A DNA stretch of 64,000 nt, from assembly GCF_988243305.1 (NCBI RefSeq), contig NZ_OZ547136.1; one strand, given 5' to 3'. The number at the start of each line of letters is the position of its first letter. Position 1 is the first letter of the stretch. The position numbers and the translations under genes are program-made. Below, piece after piece: positions 20,911 to 33,100 of this stretch. The notes under the pieces are model-generated. The model was not told the DNA's origin and ran no database searches. It saw only the letters and a list, made by a program, of their open reading frames with translations.

Positions 20911-21834
20911 TTACTTCTCACTTTCCAGTTCTTGTCGACATGGCAGCGCTGTCATTGCCCCTTTCGCTGTTACTGCAAGCGCTCCGCAACGTTGAGCGAG
21001 ATCGATAATTTGTCGCATTTCTCTTTCATCTGTAGATAATCCCGTAGAGGACAGACCTGTGAGTAACCCGGCAACGAACGCATCTCCCGCCCCCGTGCTA
21101 TCGACACAATTCACAGACATTCCAGCAAAATGGTGAACTTGTCCTCGATAACAGACCACCACCCCTTCTGCACCTTTAGTCACCAACAGCATGGCGATCT
21201 CATACTCTTTTGCCAGCGCGCATATATCCCGATCGTTCTGTGTTTTTCCACTGATAAGTCGCCATTCTTCTTCCGAGAGCTTGACGACATCCGCCAGTTG
21301 TAGCGCCTGCCGCAAACACAAGCGGAGCAAATGCTCGTCTTGCCATAGATCTTCACGAATATTGGGATCGAAGCTGACAAAACCTCCGGCATGCCGGATC
21401 GCCGTCATCGCAGTAAATGCGCTGGTACGCGAAGGCTCGGCAGACAACGCAATTGAACAGAGATGTAACCATTCGCCATGTCGCCAGCAGGGCAAGTCTG
21501 TCGTCTCTAAAAAAAGATCGGCACTGGGGCGGACCATAAACGTAAATGAACGTTCTCCTTGATCGTTCAGATCGACAAGCACCGTGGATGTCCGGTGCCA
21601 TTCATCTTGCTTCAGATACGTGATATCGACACCCTCAGTTAGCAGCGTTCTTTGCATTAACGCACCAAAAGGATCATCACCGACCCGACCTATAAACCCA
21701 CTTGTTCCGCCTAATCTGGCGATTCCCACCGCAACGTTAGCTGGCGCGCCGCCAGGACAAGGCAGTAGCCGCCCGTCTGATTCTGGCAAGAGATCTACGA
21801 CCGCATCCCCTAAAACCCATACTTTGGCTGACAT
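20911..21834 (-). CDS. cscK: Fructokinase CscK (PfkB/ribokinase family)
   Basis: 307-aa ORF MSAKVWVLGDAVVDLLPE... with the C-terminal PfkB signature (DSTGAGDAFVAGLL). Confidence 0.92.
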   Translation of the reverse strand: MSAKVWVLGDAVVDLLPESDGRLLPCPGGAPANVAVGIARLGGTSGFIGRVGDDPFGALMQRTLLTEGVDITYLKQDEWHRTSTVLVDLNDQGERSFTFMVRPSADLFLETTDLPCWRHGEWLHLCSIALSAEPSRTSAFTAMTAIRHAGGFVSFDPNIREDLWQDEHLLRLCLRQALQLADVVKLSEEEWRLISGKTQNDRDICALAKEYEIAMLLVTKGAEGVVVCYRGQVHHFAGMSVNCVDSTGAGDAFVAGLLTGLSSTGLSTDEREMRQIIDLAQRCGALAVTAKGAMTALPCRQELESEK

Positions 21835-22049
21835 TTTTTTCCCTTAAATTCATCTGACTTACGCATAGTGATAAACCTCTTTTTCGCAAAATCGTCATGG
21901 ATTTACTAAAACATGCATATTCGATCACAAAACGTCATAGTTAACGTTAACATTTGTGATATTCATCGCATTTATGAAAGTAAGGGACTTTATTTTTATA
22001 AAAGTTAACGTTAACAATTCACCAAATTTGCTTAACCAGGATGATTAAA

Positions 22050-23483
22050 ATGACGCAATCTCGATTGCATGCGGCGCAAAACGCACTAGCAAAACTTCAC
22101 GAGCGCCGAGGTAACACTTTCTATCCCCATTTTCACCTCGCGCCTCCTGCCGGGTGGATGAACGATCCAAACGGCCTGATCTGGTTTAACGATCGTTATC
22201 ACGCGTTTTATCAACATCACCCGATGAGCGAACACTGGGGGCCAATGCACTGGGGACATGCCACCAGCGACGATATGATCCACTGGCAGCATGAGCCTAT
22301 TGCGCTAGCGCCAGGAGACGAGAATGACAAAGACGGGTGTTTTTCAGGTAGTGCTGTCGATGACAATGGTGTCCTCTCACTTATCTACACCGGACACGTC
22401 TGGCTCGATGGTGCAGGTAATGACGATGCAATTCGCGAAGTACAATGTCTGGCTACCAGTCGGGATGGTATTCATTTCGAGAAACAGGGTGTGATCCTCA
22501 CTCCACCAGAAGGCATCATGCACTTCCGCGATCCTAAAGTGTGGCGTGAAGCCGACACATGGTGGATGGTAGTCGGGGCGAAAGACCCAGGCAACACGGG
22601 GCAGATCCTGCTTTATCGCGGCAGTTCATTGCGTGAATGGACTTTCGATCGCGTACTGGCCCACGCTGATGCGGGTGAAAGCTATATGTGGGAATGTCCG
22701 GACTTTTTCAGCCTTGGCGATCAGCATTATCTGATGTTTTCCCCGCAGGGAATGAATGCCGAGGGATACAGTTATCGAAATCGCTTTCAAAGTGGCGTAA
22801 TACCCGGAATGTGGTCGCCAGGACGACTTTTTGCACAATCCGGGCATTTTACTGAACTTGATAACGGGCATGACTTTTATGCACCACAAAGCTTTGTAGC
22901 GAAGGATGGTCGGCGTATTGTTATCGGCTGGATGGATATGTGGGAATCGCCAATGCCCTCAAAACGTGAAGGCTGGGCAGGCTGCATGACGCTGGCGCGC
23001 GAGCTATCAGAGAGCAATGGCAAACTCCTACAACGCCCGGTACACGAAGCTGAGTCGTTACGCCAGCAGCATCAATCTATCTCTCCCCGCACAATCAGCA
23101 ATAAATATGTTTTGCAGGAAAACGCGCAAGCAGTTGAGATTCAGTTGCAGTGGGCGCTGAAGAACAGTGATGCCGAACATTACGGATTACAGCTCGGCGC
23201 TGGAATGCGGCTGTATATTGATAACCAATCTGAGCGACTTGTTTTGTGGCGGTATTACCCACACGAGAATTTAGATGGCTACCGTAGTATTCCCCTCCCG
23301 CAGGGTGACATGCTCGCCCTAAGGATATTTATCGATACATCATCCGTGGAAGTATTTATTAACGACGGGGAGGCGGTGATGAGTAGCCGAATATATCCGC
23401 AGCCAGAAGAACGGGAACTGTCGCTCTATGCCTCCAACGGAGTGGCTGTGCTGCAACATGGAGCACTCTGGCAACTGGGTTAA
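22050..23483 (+). CDS. cscA: Sucrose-6-phosphate hydrolase / invertase CscA (GH32)
   Basis: ORF with GH32 motifs (WMNDPNGL, FRDP, WECPD); start placed at MTQSRLHAAQ (track ORF begins 3 codons earlier). Confidence 0.92.
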   Translation: MTQSRLHAAQNALAKLHERRGNTFYPHFHLAPPAGWMNDPNGLIWFNDRYHAFYQHHPMSEHWGPMHWGHATSDDMIHWQHEPIALAPGDENDKDGCFSGSAVDDNGVLSLIYTGHVWLDGAGNDDAIREVQCLATSRDGIHFEKQGVILTPPEGIMHFRDPKVWREADTWWMVVGAKDPGNTGQILLYRGSSLREWTFDRVLAHADAGESYMWECPDFFSLGDQHYLMFSPQGMNAEGYSYRNRFQSGVIPGMWSPGRLFAQSGHFTELDNGHDFYAPQSFVAKDGRRIVIGWMDMWESPMPSKREGWAGCMTLARELSESNGKLLQRPVHEAESLRQQHQSISPRTISNKYVLQENAQAVEIQLQWALKNSDAEHYGLQLGAGMRLYIDNQSERLVLWRYYPHENLDGYRSIPLPQGDMLALRIFIDTSSVEVFINDGEAVMSSRIYPQPEERELSLYASNGVAVLQHGALWQLG

Positions 23484-23490
23484 CATAATA

Positions 23491-24486
23491 TCAGGTGGAA
23501 CAACGGATCAACAGCGGGCAAGGGATCCGCGTCACTCTTCCCCCTTCACGACCTTCAATAATATGCAATGCAGCTTCCCGCCCGATAATGTCATGTGGAA
23601 GCTGAATTGTGGTCAGCGGCGGTAAAAACAGATGCCCGACGCCAACCAGATTATCAAAGCCCATTACGGCGACATCCTGCGGGATACGTACCCCCTTCGC
23701 CAAAAGAACCTGATAAGCCACAAAGGCTGCGCGATCGTTACCACATATCAGAACATCAAAATCTGGTTTGCCCGATTTGAAGTGGGCATTGAGTAAACTT
23801 GCGAGATCGGTGTAGTGATCATCACCTGTTGCCATGTGAAATTGTTTCACCTCAGCCAGATCTCGTCCAGCATCACGCCAGGCCTGCTCAAATCCCTGCC
23901 GACGATACCCTGTTGCCAACGCACTTTCCGGTAGCCAGAAGCATAACGGTTGACGATAGCCCGCCGCGAGCAAATGCTGTGTTGATTCATATTGTGCAGT
24001 GTAATCATCAGGGATATAACTGGGTAACGCTGGGTCATCCGCCACACAGTTCGCCAATACAATATTTTCACCATACAGAGACTCAGGCAGCGTGATATGT
24101 CGCAGCCCCATTGTAGTATAGATAATGCCATCCGGACGGTGGGCAAGCAGCTGACGTGCCGCGCGGGCAGCGTCATCTTCAGAAAAAATATTGATTAAAA
24201 AACTATTCCAGCCGAACTCGCTGGCGGTTTGCTCAATGGCAAGCAGAATATCAACAGAGAAAGGAGTGGTAGCAGTGTCCTGCGCCAGCACGGCGAGAGT
24301 CGACGGCTTACGTCCTTGAGCGCGCATCTTACGGGCGGAAAGATCAGGAACATAATTCAGGGTCTGGATTGCCTGCAATACGCGGTCACGCGTTGCAGGA
24401 CGCACAGATTCTGCATTATGCATCACCCGGGAGACTGTCATCATCGACACTCCCGCCAGGCGTGCGACATCCTTTAATGAAGCCAT
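23491..24486 (-). CDS. cscR: LacI-family repressor CscR (331 aa within 397-aa track ORF)
   Basis: N-terminal HTH (MASLKDVARLAGVSMMTVSRVMHN) followed by a periplasmic-binding-like LacI core; start placed at that Met. Confidence 0.88.
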   Translation of the reverse strand: MASLKDVARLAGVSMMTVSRVMHNAESVRPATRDRVLQAIQTLNYVPDLSARKMRAQGRKPSTLAVLAQDTATTPFSVDILLAIEQTASEFGWNSFLINIFSEDDAARAARQLLAHRPDGIIYTTMGLRHITLPESLYGENIVLANCVADDPALPSYIPDDYTAQYESTQHLLAAGYRQPLCFWLPESALATGYRRQGFEQAWRDAGRDLAEVKQFHMATGDDHYTDLASLLNAHFKSGKPDFDVLICGNDRAAFVAYQVLLAKGVRIPQDVAVMGFDNLVGVGHLFLPPLTTIQLPHDIIGREAALHIIEGREGGRVTRIPCPLLIRCST

Positions 24487-24728
24487 ACCCAAGCCGTTTG
24501 CCGTAAAACGGGCACTGTAGCAGAAACAGACGTCACTGGCGAGATCCAACGATATTCTCAACGCCCTATCACCCGATACGGCAATACAATAAAAAATAAC
24601 AATAATTCCCGGACAATTGTACCCAATTCCGCCTCTGTTCTCGCCAACGAGTAACCATGTAGGCAAGTAGGTAAAACATGCCAACTGGCATCGCCAATCT
24701 GGAGAAGAAAATATAAATATGGATCATT

Positions 24729-24947
24729 GTGCTGCCGCTGTATCCCGACATCAGCCCGGAAATTATTGCGATTGCTATCGGTTCAGGTGCGATTGGCTGC
24801 ACGATCGTTACGGACTCGCTTTTCTGGCTGGTGAAGCAATATTGCGGCGCTACGCTCAATGAAACATTTAAATACTATACGACCGCGACATTTATCGCTT
24901 CGGTCGTCGCTCTGGCGGGCACATTCCTGCTGTCATTTATCATCTAA
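24729..24947 (+). pseudogene. dsdX: 3' remnant of dsdX (GntP-family D-serine transporter), truncated by the csc locus
   Basis: 72-aa frame ...[41 protein letters not shown]... matches a GntP-family C-terminus and ends 17 bp before dsdA; no N-terminal 370 aa or so present. Left edge of the remnant is approximate. Confidence 0.75.
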
Positions 24948-24964
24948 GCGCAAAGAGACGTACT

Positions 24965-26293
24965 ATGGAAAACGCTAAAATGAATTCGCTCATCGCCCAG
25001 TATCCGTTGGTAGAGGATCTGGTTGCTCTTCAAGAAACCACCTGGTTTAATCCTGGCACGACCTCATTGGCTGAAGGTTTACCTTATGTTGGCCTGACCG
25101 AACAGGATGTTCAGGACGCCCATGCGCGCTTATCCCGTTTTGCACCCTATCTGGCAAAAGCATTTCCTGAAACTGCTGCGACTGGGGGGATTATTGAATC
25201 AGAACTGGTTGCCATTCCGGCTATGCAAAAACGGCTGGAAAAGGAATATCAACAACCGATCAGCGGGCAACTGCTACTGAAAAAAGATAGCCATTTGCCC
25301 ATTTCCGGCTCCATAAAAGCACGCGGTGGGATTTATGAAGTCCTGGCACACGCAGAAAAACTGGCTCTGGAAGCGGGGTTGCTGACGCTTGAAGATGACT
25401 ACAGCAAACTGCTTTCTCCGGAGTTTAAACAGTTCTTTAGCCAATACAGCATTGCTGTGGGCTCAACCGGAAATCTGGGGTTATCAATCGGCATTATGAG
25501 CGCCCGCATTGGCTTTAAGGTGACAGTACATATGTCTGCTGATGCCCGGGCATGGAAAAAAGCGAAACTGCGCAGCCATGGCGTTACGGTCGTGGAATAT
25601 GAGCAAGATTATGGTGTTGCAGTCGAGGAAGGACGTAAAGCAGCGCAGTCTGACCCGAACTGTTTCTTTATTGATGACGAGAATTCCCGCACGTTGTTCC
25701 TTGGGTATTCCGTCGCTGGCCAGCGTCTTAAAGCGCAATTTGCCCAGCAAGGTCGTATCGTCGATGCTGATAACCCTCTGTTTGTCTATCTGCCGTGTGG
25801 TGTTGGTGGTGGTCCTGGTGGCGTCGCATTCGGACTTAAACTGGCGTTTGGCGATCATGTTCACTGCTTTTTTGCCGAACCAACGCACTCCCCTTGTATG
25901 TTGTTAGGCGTCCATACAGGATTACACGATCAGATTTCTGTTCAGGATATTGGTATCGACAACCTTACCGCAGCGGATGGCCTTGCAGTTGGTCGCGCAT
26001 CAGGCTTTGTCGGGCGGGCGATGGAGCGTCTGCTGGATGGCTTTTATACCCTTAGCGATCAAACCATGTATGACATGCTTGGCTGGCTGGCGCAGGAAGA
26101 AGGTATTCGTCTTGAACCATCGGCACTGGCGGGTATGGCCGGGCCTCAGCGCGTGTGCGCATCAGTAAGTTACCAACAGATGCACGGTTTCAGCGCAGAA
26201 CAACTGCGTAATGCCACTCATCTGGTGTGGGCGACGGGAGGTGGAATGGTGCCGGAAGAAGAGATGAATCAATATCTGGCAAAAGGCCGTTAA
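24965..26293 (+). CDS. dsdA: D-serine dehydratase (PLP-dependent)
   Basis: 442-aa [34 protein letters not shown]... with the PLP-lysine motif region (SGSIKARGG). Confidence 0.95.
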   Translation: MENAKMNSLIAQYPLVEDLVALQETTWFNPGTTSLAEGLPYVGLTEQDVQDAHARLSRFAPYLAKAFPETAATGGIIESELVAIPAMQKRLEKEYQQPISGQLLLKKDSHLPISGSIKARGGIYEVLAHAEKLALEAGLLTLEDDYSKLLSPEFKQFFSQYSIAVGSTGNLGLSIGIMSARIGFKVTVHMSADARAWKKAKLRSHGVTVVEYEQDYGVAVEEGRKAAQSDPNCFFIDDENSRTLFLGYSVAGQRLKAQFAQQGRIVDADNPLFVYLPCGVGGGPGGVAFGLKLAFGDHVHCFFAEPTHSPCMLLGVHTGLHDQISVQDIGIDNLTAADGLAVGRASGFVGRAMERLLDGFYTLSDQTMYDMLGWLAQEEGIRLEPSALAGMAGPQRVCASVSYQQMHGFSAEQLRNATHLVWATGGGMVPEEEMNQYLAKGR

Positions 26294-26400
26294 TAACGTT
26301 TCAACGCAGCATCGCCATCCTTTCCCTGGGTGAGCGATGCTGCCGATGACGCAGACTTAAGATTCTGCCGTTTTACCTGCTATAGTCTCCTCTTTTTCCA

Positions 26401-27939
26401 TCACCCAACGCCTTTCGCTGTAAACGGCGGTTTCGCAAACCAAACCAAAACCGTAAGTAAGATAAAAGCAATAGCCGCCATACGGAAAATCTCATTTGCA
26501 GAAATTGAAAGTGACTGCTGAGTTATTTCATTATTAATTTCATTAAGAACCCCTGAAAGCGAACCATAGTATTTATCCATAATTTGTGACGATGAATTAA
26601 ACACGGGGTTAAATTGATCGATTGTTGCTGTCAACTGACTATGGTGTAATGATTCTCGGCGTCCCCACAGCGTCATTGTCAACGACGTACCAACTGATCC
26701 TGACAAGGTACGAAAAAAATTACTCATACTCGAGGCATTGGCAAATTTATTATCTGGCAAACCTGAAAACGAAATCGTTGTTAAGGGTAAAAAGAAACAG
26801 GCGACGGCGAATCCCTGAAAAAACTGTGGCAAAATGATGCCTGTAAAATCAATCGTTGGCATAAATGTCACAGAACGCCAGTAATAGCAAACCGCATACA
26901 TTAAAAAACTAAATGTCACCAACAACCGCATATCAATTTTGTTGCCATAACGTCCTATCAAAGGTGATATTAATAGCGGCATGATGCCGATGGGCGCATA
27001 GGCAAGTCCGGCCCATATCGCATTATACCCCATCGTTTCCTGGAGTAACTGCGGCATAAGGACTATCGCCCCAGAGTAAAATAAATATGCGCATGTGATA
27101 CTCACAATACCAATGGTGAAATTACGGGACTTAAACAAACTGAGATCAAGAATCGGATTCTCTGAGGTCGACTCCCAAATGACTAAAGAAATCAGAGAAA
27201 TAACTGACACTACTGTTAGTATTATTATTGTACTCGAGTTGAACCAATCCAGATCGCGCCCTTTATCAAGCATTATCTGCAAGCCACCAACACCGAGCAC
27301 TAACAGGGTCAGTCCTGGTAGATTCATTTTGACCGGTGAAATCTCAGTTTCTCTTCCTTTAAGTAAGGTTAAGCATAATGTCAGGACGATAATCCCCATT
27401 GGGACATTGATTAAAAATATCCAACCCCAGCTAAAGTTATCGCAAATGTAGCCACCCAATATCGGCCCACATATCGGAGCGATAATTACGGTCATTGACC
27501 ATAATGCCAGAGCAAATGTTCTTTTTTCTGGCGGATAATTCCTTAATAATAAACTCTGTGACAGTGGAATTAACGGCCCCGCCATTAACCCCTGAACGAC
27601 TCTAAAAAATATCAGCACATCAAGATTGGTCGATAGGCTACACATTAATGAAGATAGCGAAAAAAAGGTTACTGAAAGTAAAAATAATCTTAATTCGCCT
27701 ATTCTTTGTGCCAACCTGCCGGTAACAGGGATCGCAATGGCATTTGCTACACCAAACGAAGTGATAACCCAGGTGCCTTCGTCTGTTGATGCTCCCAGAA
27801 AGCCAGATATTGTCGGTATTGCGACGTTAGAAATAGTGGAATCCAACATTTGCATAAACGTCGCTAAGGACAATGCAATAGTGACGCACCATAACGTCCC
27901 ACCGGTTAATGGTGCCGGAGTTGATTTAGTGATTGCCAT
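26401..27939 (-). CDS. emrY: MFS multidrug efflux pump EmrY (EmrB-like, 14 TM)
   Basis: 512-aa polytopic ORF; overlaps emrK stop/start; EmrB paralog. Confidence 0.93.
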   Translation of the reverse strand: MAITKSTPAPLTGGTLWCVTIALSLATFMQMLDSTISNVAIPTISGFLGASTDEGTWVITSFGVANAIAIPVTGRLAQRIGELRLFLLSVTFFSLSSLMCSLSTNLDVLIFFRVVQGLMAGPLIPLSQSLLLRNYPPEKRTFALALWSMTVIIAPICGPILGGYICDNFSWGWIFLINVPMGIIVLTLCLTLLKGRETEISPVKMNLPGLTLLVLGVGGLQIMLDKGRDLDWFNSSTIIILTVVSVISLISLVIWESTSENPILDLSLFKSRNFTIGIVSITCAYLFYSGAIVLMPQLLQETMGYNAIWAGLAYAPIGIMPLLISPLIGRYGNKIDMRLLVTFSFLMYAVCYYWRSVTFMPTIDFTGIILPQFFQGFAVACFFLPLTTISFSGLPDNKFANASSMSNFFRTLSGSVGTSLTMTLWGRRESLHHSQLTATIDQFNPVFNSSSQIMDKYYGSLSGVLNEINNEITQQSLSISANEIFRMAAIAFILLTVLVWFAKPPFTAKGVG

Positions 27940-29102
27940 TAAAGTTGTCCATTATGCGAAATAATGTTGCTAATTTCTTTTTCTATCGGACTGGTATCGA
28001 TAACTAAAGCCTTACTGGTATAAGCAGGCATGGACGTCACGGTTGAAGCCAGATCGGGCATATCGGCAATGTCTTCGTTCCTGGTATCAATAGTTGCAGT
28101 CATCGATAAACCAATACGCAAGGGATGTTCCATGAGTTCTTTTGGATCAAGAGAAACCTCAACCGGTACACGCTGAACGATTTTGATCCAATTCCCTGTC
28201 GCATTTTGTGCAGGTAATAAGGAGAACGCATTGCCGGTTCCCATATTGATCCCTGTCACCCGACCATGAAACACAACATTTTCACCATAAAGATCGCTGA
28301 TAATATTGACCGATTGACCAATCCGTACATCCGTGAGTTGTGTTTCTTTAAAGTTAGCATTAACCCACATTTGACGTGCCGGTACGACAGCCATTAACGA
28401 TTGTCCGGGACTCACTGTTTCGCCGACCTGAACACTTCGCTGGGCAATATAGCCGGTAACCGGACTCTTAATATCCGTACGTTTAAGCGCCAACCAGGCT
28501 TCTTTGGTTGCATCCGCAGCTTCAACGACTTGTGGCTGACGGTTTAATGGTGTGTTCATTACTAAAGCTTTATTCGCTTTATAAGCCTGAATAGCAGCAT
28601 TCAATGCCGCTTTGCTACTTATTAACGTATCTTTGGTATGCTCCAGCGTTTCTTTTGAAATAATCCCCTGCTTCGCTAAAGGTACACGACGGTTATAATC
28701 TTCTAAAGATTGTTGATACTGAATACGTGCTGAAGCGACTTCGGCACTGTATTGTTTATCCTGTAAGTACAGTTTATTCGTTTGCCGAACAATATTGGCC
28801 AGATTATTTTTAGCTTTATTGAGTGCGATAGTGGCATCAGTCTTATCCAGTGAGACTAAAATGTCACCCTGTCGAACGTAGTTCGTATCTTTATGATTAA
28901 CGACAGTGACGCTGCCTGAAACTTGTGCAGAAATTGGATCTGCATTCCCCGTGACATAGGCATCATCTGTACTAATCATGTCTTCTAATTCCATTGACCA
29001 ATAGGCATAGGCACCTGAAAACGCAATAAATAAAACTACCGCCAATAAAGAAAAGTATTTTCTTCTGTTAGAATGTTTTTTATTTGAATTAATCTGTTCC
29101 AC
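27939..29102 (-). CDS. emrK: Multidrug efflux periplasmic adaptor EmrK (EmrA-like, HlyD family)
   Basis: 387-aa ORF with a single N-terminal TM segment and coiled-coil/lipoyl-like adaptor regions; upstream of emrY. Confidence 0.92.
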   Translation of the reverse strand: MEQINSNKKHSNRRKYFSLLAVVLFIAFSGAYAYWSMELEDMISTDDAYVTGNADPISAQVSGSVTVVNHKDTNYVRQGDILVSLDKTDATIALNKAKNNLANIVRQTNKLYLQDKQYSAEVASARIQYQQSLEDYNRRVPLAKQGIISKETLEHTKDTLISSKAALNAAIQAYKANKALVMNTPLNRQPQVVEAADATKEAWLALKRTDIKSPVTGYIAQRSVQVGETVSPGQSLMAVVPARQMWVNANFKETQLTDVRIGQSVNIISDLYGENVVFHGRVTGINMGTGNAFSLLPAQNATGNWIKIVQRVPVEVSLDPKELMEHPLRIGLSMTATIDTRNEDIADMPDLASTVTSMPAYTSKALVIDTSPIEKEISNIISHNGQL

Positions 29103-29275
29103 TATTATCTCTCATTTCGCATAGATGAAATTTATGAATTGAATGAAAAGAGTATTCATTCTTCATATCAAACACAGTGCATGTGTTGCACATTGTCCCA
29201 GGAACGTTGGAGGCCTAATTTAAATGAGGTGCAAAAAAAACAACAGAGGACTAAACCGTGGCTTTTGCAATACAA

Positions 29276-29294
29276 TTCTTACGCATGTAGGATT
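29276..29294. promoter_or_regulatory. EvgA-box-like inverted repeat in the divergent emrK / evgA promoter region
   Basis: TTCTTACgcatGTAGGAtt resembles the EvgA recognition inverted repeat (TTCYTACA...TGTARGAA). Confidence 0.5.
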
Positions 29295-29517
29295 AGTGAG
29301 AAGACTTATAGTGCTAATGTGAAACTATAAATCATCGGTACAATCCCTGATTTTATTGTTGACATTTCATTTATGCCGACTATTTATATGGTATACTTGT
29401 CGAATTATCTTAAAGGAAGCTCAAATTTTCTTATTTTTATTGAGAAAATGAGATGATGCCTTATGTCTGTATTACTACAGGGAGAAGGGAGATGCTTCAT
29501 TGCAAAGGGAATAATCT

Positions 29518-30132
29518 ATGAACGCAATAATTATTGATGACCATCCTCTTGCTATCGCAGCAATTCGTAATTTATTGATCAAAAACGATATTGAAATCTT
29601 AGCAGAGTTGACTGAAGGCGGAAGCGCCGTTCAGCGGGTGGAAACACTTAAGCCTGATATCGTCATCATTGATGTCGATATCCCCGGAGTTAACGGTATC
29701 CAGGTGTTAGAAACGCTAAGGAAGCGTCAATATAGCGGAATTATTATTATCGTCTCCGCTAAAAATGACCATTTTTACGGGAAACATTGTGCTGATGCTG
29801 GCGCTAATGGATTCGTGAGTAAAAAAGAAGGCATGAACAATATCATTGCGGCTATTGAAGCTGCAAAAAATGGCTACTGCTATTTCCCCTTCTCTCTCAA
29901 CCGGTTTGTTGGAAGTTTAACGTCCGACCAGCAAAAACTCGACTCCTTATCGAAACAAGAAATTAGTGTCATGCGGTATATTCTTGATGGCAAGGATAAT
30001 AATGACATTGCTGAAAAAATGTTCATCAGCAACAAAACTGTCAGCACGTATAAAAGTCGCCTGATGGAAAAATTAGAATGTAAATCACTGATGGATCTTT
30101 ACACATTCGCACAACGTAACAAAATCGGCTAA
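29518..30132 (+). CDS. evgA: Response regulator EvgA (NarL/FixJ family)
   Basis: 204-aa ORF MNAIIIDDHPLAIAAIRNLL... with receiver domain and C-terminal LuxR-type HTH. Confidence 0.95.
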   Translation: MNAIIIDDHPLAIAAIRNLLIKNDIEILAELTEGGSAVQRVETLKPDIVIIDVDIPGVNGIQVLETLRKRQYSGIIIIVSAKNDHFYGKHCADAGANGFVSKKEGMNNIIAAIEAAKNGYCYFPFSLNRFVGSLTSDQQKLDSLSKQEISVMRYILDGKDNNDIAEKMFISNKTVSTYKSRLMEKLECKSLMDLYTFAQRNKIG

Positions 30133-30136
30133 CCAC

Positions 30137-33100
30137 ATGAAGTTTTTACCCTATATTATTCTTCTCTGTTGTGGTCTTTGGTCGACCATAAGTTTCGCAG
30201 ACGAAGATTACATCGAATATCGTGGCATCAGTAGTAACAACCGTGTCACGCTTGATCCACTACGTCTGAGCAACAAGGAATTACGTTGGTTAGCGAGCAA
30301 AAAAAATCTTGTGATTGCAGTACACAAGTCCCAAACGGCTACTTTGTTGCATACCGATTCGCAGCAACGGGTTCGTGGTATTAATGCTGATTATTTAAAT
30401 CTTTTAAAAAGAGCGTTAAATATCAAATTAACACTCCGGGAATACGCAGATCATCAAAAAGCAATGGACGCGCTTACAGAAGGGGAAGTCGATATAGTGT
30501 TATCACATTTAGTTGCTTCGCCGCCTCTTAATGATGACATTGCTGCAACCAAACCGCTGATAATTACCTTTCCGGCGCTGGTCACCACCCTTCACGATTC
30601 AATGAGACCGCTTACCTCATCAAAACCAGTAAATATTGCTCGGGTAGCAAATTACCCTCCAGATGAGGTAATTCATCAATCATTTCCAAAAGCAACAATT
30701 ATCTCTTTTACAAATTTATATCAGGCATTAGCATCCGTCTCAGCCGGACAGAATGATTACTTTATTGGTAGTAACATTATTACCAGCAGTATGATTTCCC
30801 GCTATTTCACTCACTCCTTAAATGTAGTGAAATATTATAACTCGCCGCGTCAATATAACTTTTTCTTAACCAGAAAAGATTCAGTCGTTCTTAATGAAGT
30901 ACTCAATCGATTTGTTGATGCTTTAACAAATGAAGTTCGCTATGAAGTATCACAAAATTGGCTTGATACAGGAAACCTGGCCTTTCTGAACAAACCATTA
31001 GAACTCACTGAACATGAAAAACAGTGGATTAAGCAGCATCCCGATTTAAAGGTGCTGGAAAATCCTTACTCGCCACCCTATTCTATGACAGATGAAACTG
31101 GCTCAGTTCGGGGCGTGATGGGTGATATTCTTAATATTATTACCTTGCAAACAGGTTTAAATTTTTCTCCGATCACCGTTTCACACAATATTCATGCGGG
31201 GACACAGCTTAACCCCGGTGGATGGGATATATTGCCCGCCGCTATTTATAGTGAAGATAGAGAAAATAATGTTTTATTTGCTGAAGCCTTCATAACAACG
31301 CCTTACGTTTTTGTCATGCAAAAAGCGCCTGACAGTGAACAAACATTAAAAAAAGGAATGAAAGTTGCCATTCCCTATTATTATGAGCTTCATTCGCAAT
31401 TAAAAGAGATGTATCCGGAGGTAGAGTGGATAAAAGTCGATAACGCCAGCGCTGCATTTCACAAGGTCAAGGAAGGCGAACTTGATGCTCTGGTCGCGAC
31501 ACAGTTAAATTCACGTTACATGATCGACCATTACTATCCTAATGAACTTTATCATTTTCTTATTCCCGGCGTTCCGAATGCATCGCTTTCGTTCGCTTTT
31601 CCTCGCGGAGAACCGGAACTTAAGGATATTATTAATAAAGCACTGAATGCAATTCCCCCAAGCGAAGTTCTGCGCCTGACGGAAAAATGGATTAAAATGC
31701 CCAATGTGACCATTGACACATGGGACCTCTATAGCGAGCAATTTTATATTGTCACGACATTATCCGTTTTATTAGTTGGCAGTAGCCTTTTATGGGGATT
31801 CTACCTGTTACGCTCAGTTCGTCGTCGTAAAGTCATTCAGGGTGATTTAGAAAACCAAATATCATTCCGAAAAGCACTCTCGGATTCCTTACCGAATCCA
31901 ACTTATGTTGTAAACTGGCAAGGTAATGTCATTAGTCATAATAGTGCTTTTGAACATTATTTCACTGCGGATTACTACAAAAATGCAATGTTACCATTAG
32001 AAAACAGTGACTCACCCTTTAAAGATGTTTTTTCTAATGCGCATGAAGTCACAGCAGAAACGAAAGAAAATCGAACAATATACACACAGGTATTTGAAAT
32101 TGATAATGGCATCGAGAAAAGATGCATTAATCACTGGCATACATTATGCAATCTGCCAGCCAGCGATCATGCTGTTTATATTTGTGGTTGGCAAGATATT
32201 ACCGAGACGCGTGATTTAATTCACGCTCTCGAAGTAGAGAGAAATAAAGCGATCAATGCAACTGTCGCAAAAAGTCAGTTTCTGGCAACAATGAGTCACG
32301 AAATAAGAACACCAATAAGCTCCATTATGGGCTTCCTGGAACTTCTGTCGGGTTCTGGTCTTAGCAAGGAACAACGGGTGGAGGCGATTTCACTTGCCTA
32401 CGCCACCGGACAATCACTCCTCGGCTTAATTGGTGAAATCCTTGATGTCGACAAAATTGAGTCGGGTAACTATCAACTTCAACCACAATGGGTCGATATC
32501 CCTACTTTAGTCCAGAACACTTGTCACTCTTTCGGTGCGATTGCTGCAAGCAAATCGATCGCATTAAGTTGCAGCAGTACGTTTCCTGAACATTACCTGG
32601 TTAAGATCGACCCTCAGGCGTTTAAGCAGGTCTTATCTAATTTACTGAGCAATGCTCTCAAATTTACCACCGAGGGGGCAGTAAAAATTACGACCTCCCT
32701 GGTTAACATTGATGACAACCACGCTGTAATCAAAATGACGATTATGGATTCTGGAAGTGGATTATCACAGGAAGAACAACAACAACTGTTTAAACGCTAT
32801 AGCCAAACAAGTGCAGGTCGTCAGCAAACAGGTTCTGGTTTAGGCTTAATGATCTGCAAAGAATTAATTAAAAACATGCAGGGCGATTTGTCATTAGAAA
32901 GTCATCCAGGCATAGGAACGACATTTACGATCACAATCCCGGTAGAAATTACCCAACAAGTGGCGACTGTCGAGGCAAAAGCAGAACAACCCATGACACT
33001 CCCTGAAAAGTTGAGCATATTAATCGCGGATGATCATCCGACCAACAGGCTATTACTCAAACGCCAGCTAAACCTATTAGGATATGATGTTGATGAAGCA

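Noticed and set aside
24569..24859. 96-aa minus-strand ORF spanning the cscR-dsdX junction
   Set aside because: Spans an intergenic junction and the dsdX remnant on the opposite strand with no ribosome-binding site or recognisable domain; more likely chance ORF. Worth a BLAST only as part of junction mapping.
25484..25907. Antisense and alternative-frame ORFs inside dsdA (134 aa and 121 aa)
   Set aside because: Embedded in dsdA, which has clear PLP-enzyme motifs in its own frame; no signals of real genes.
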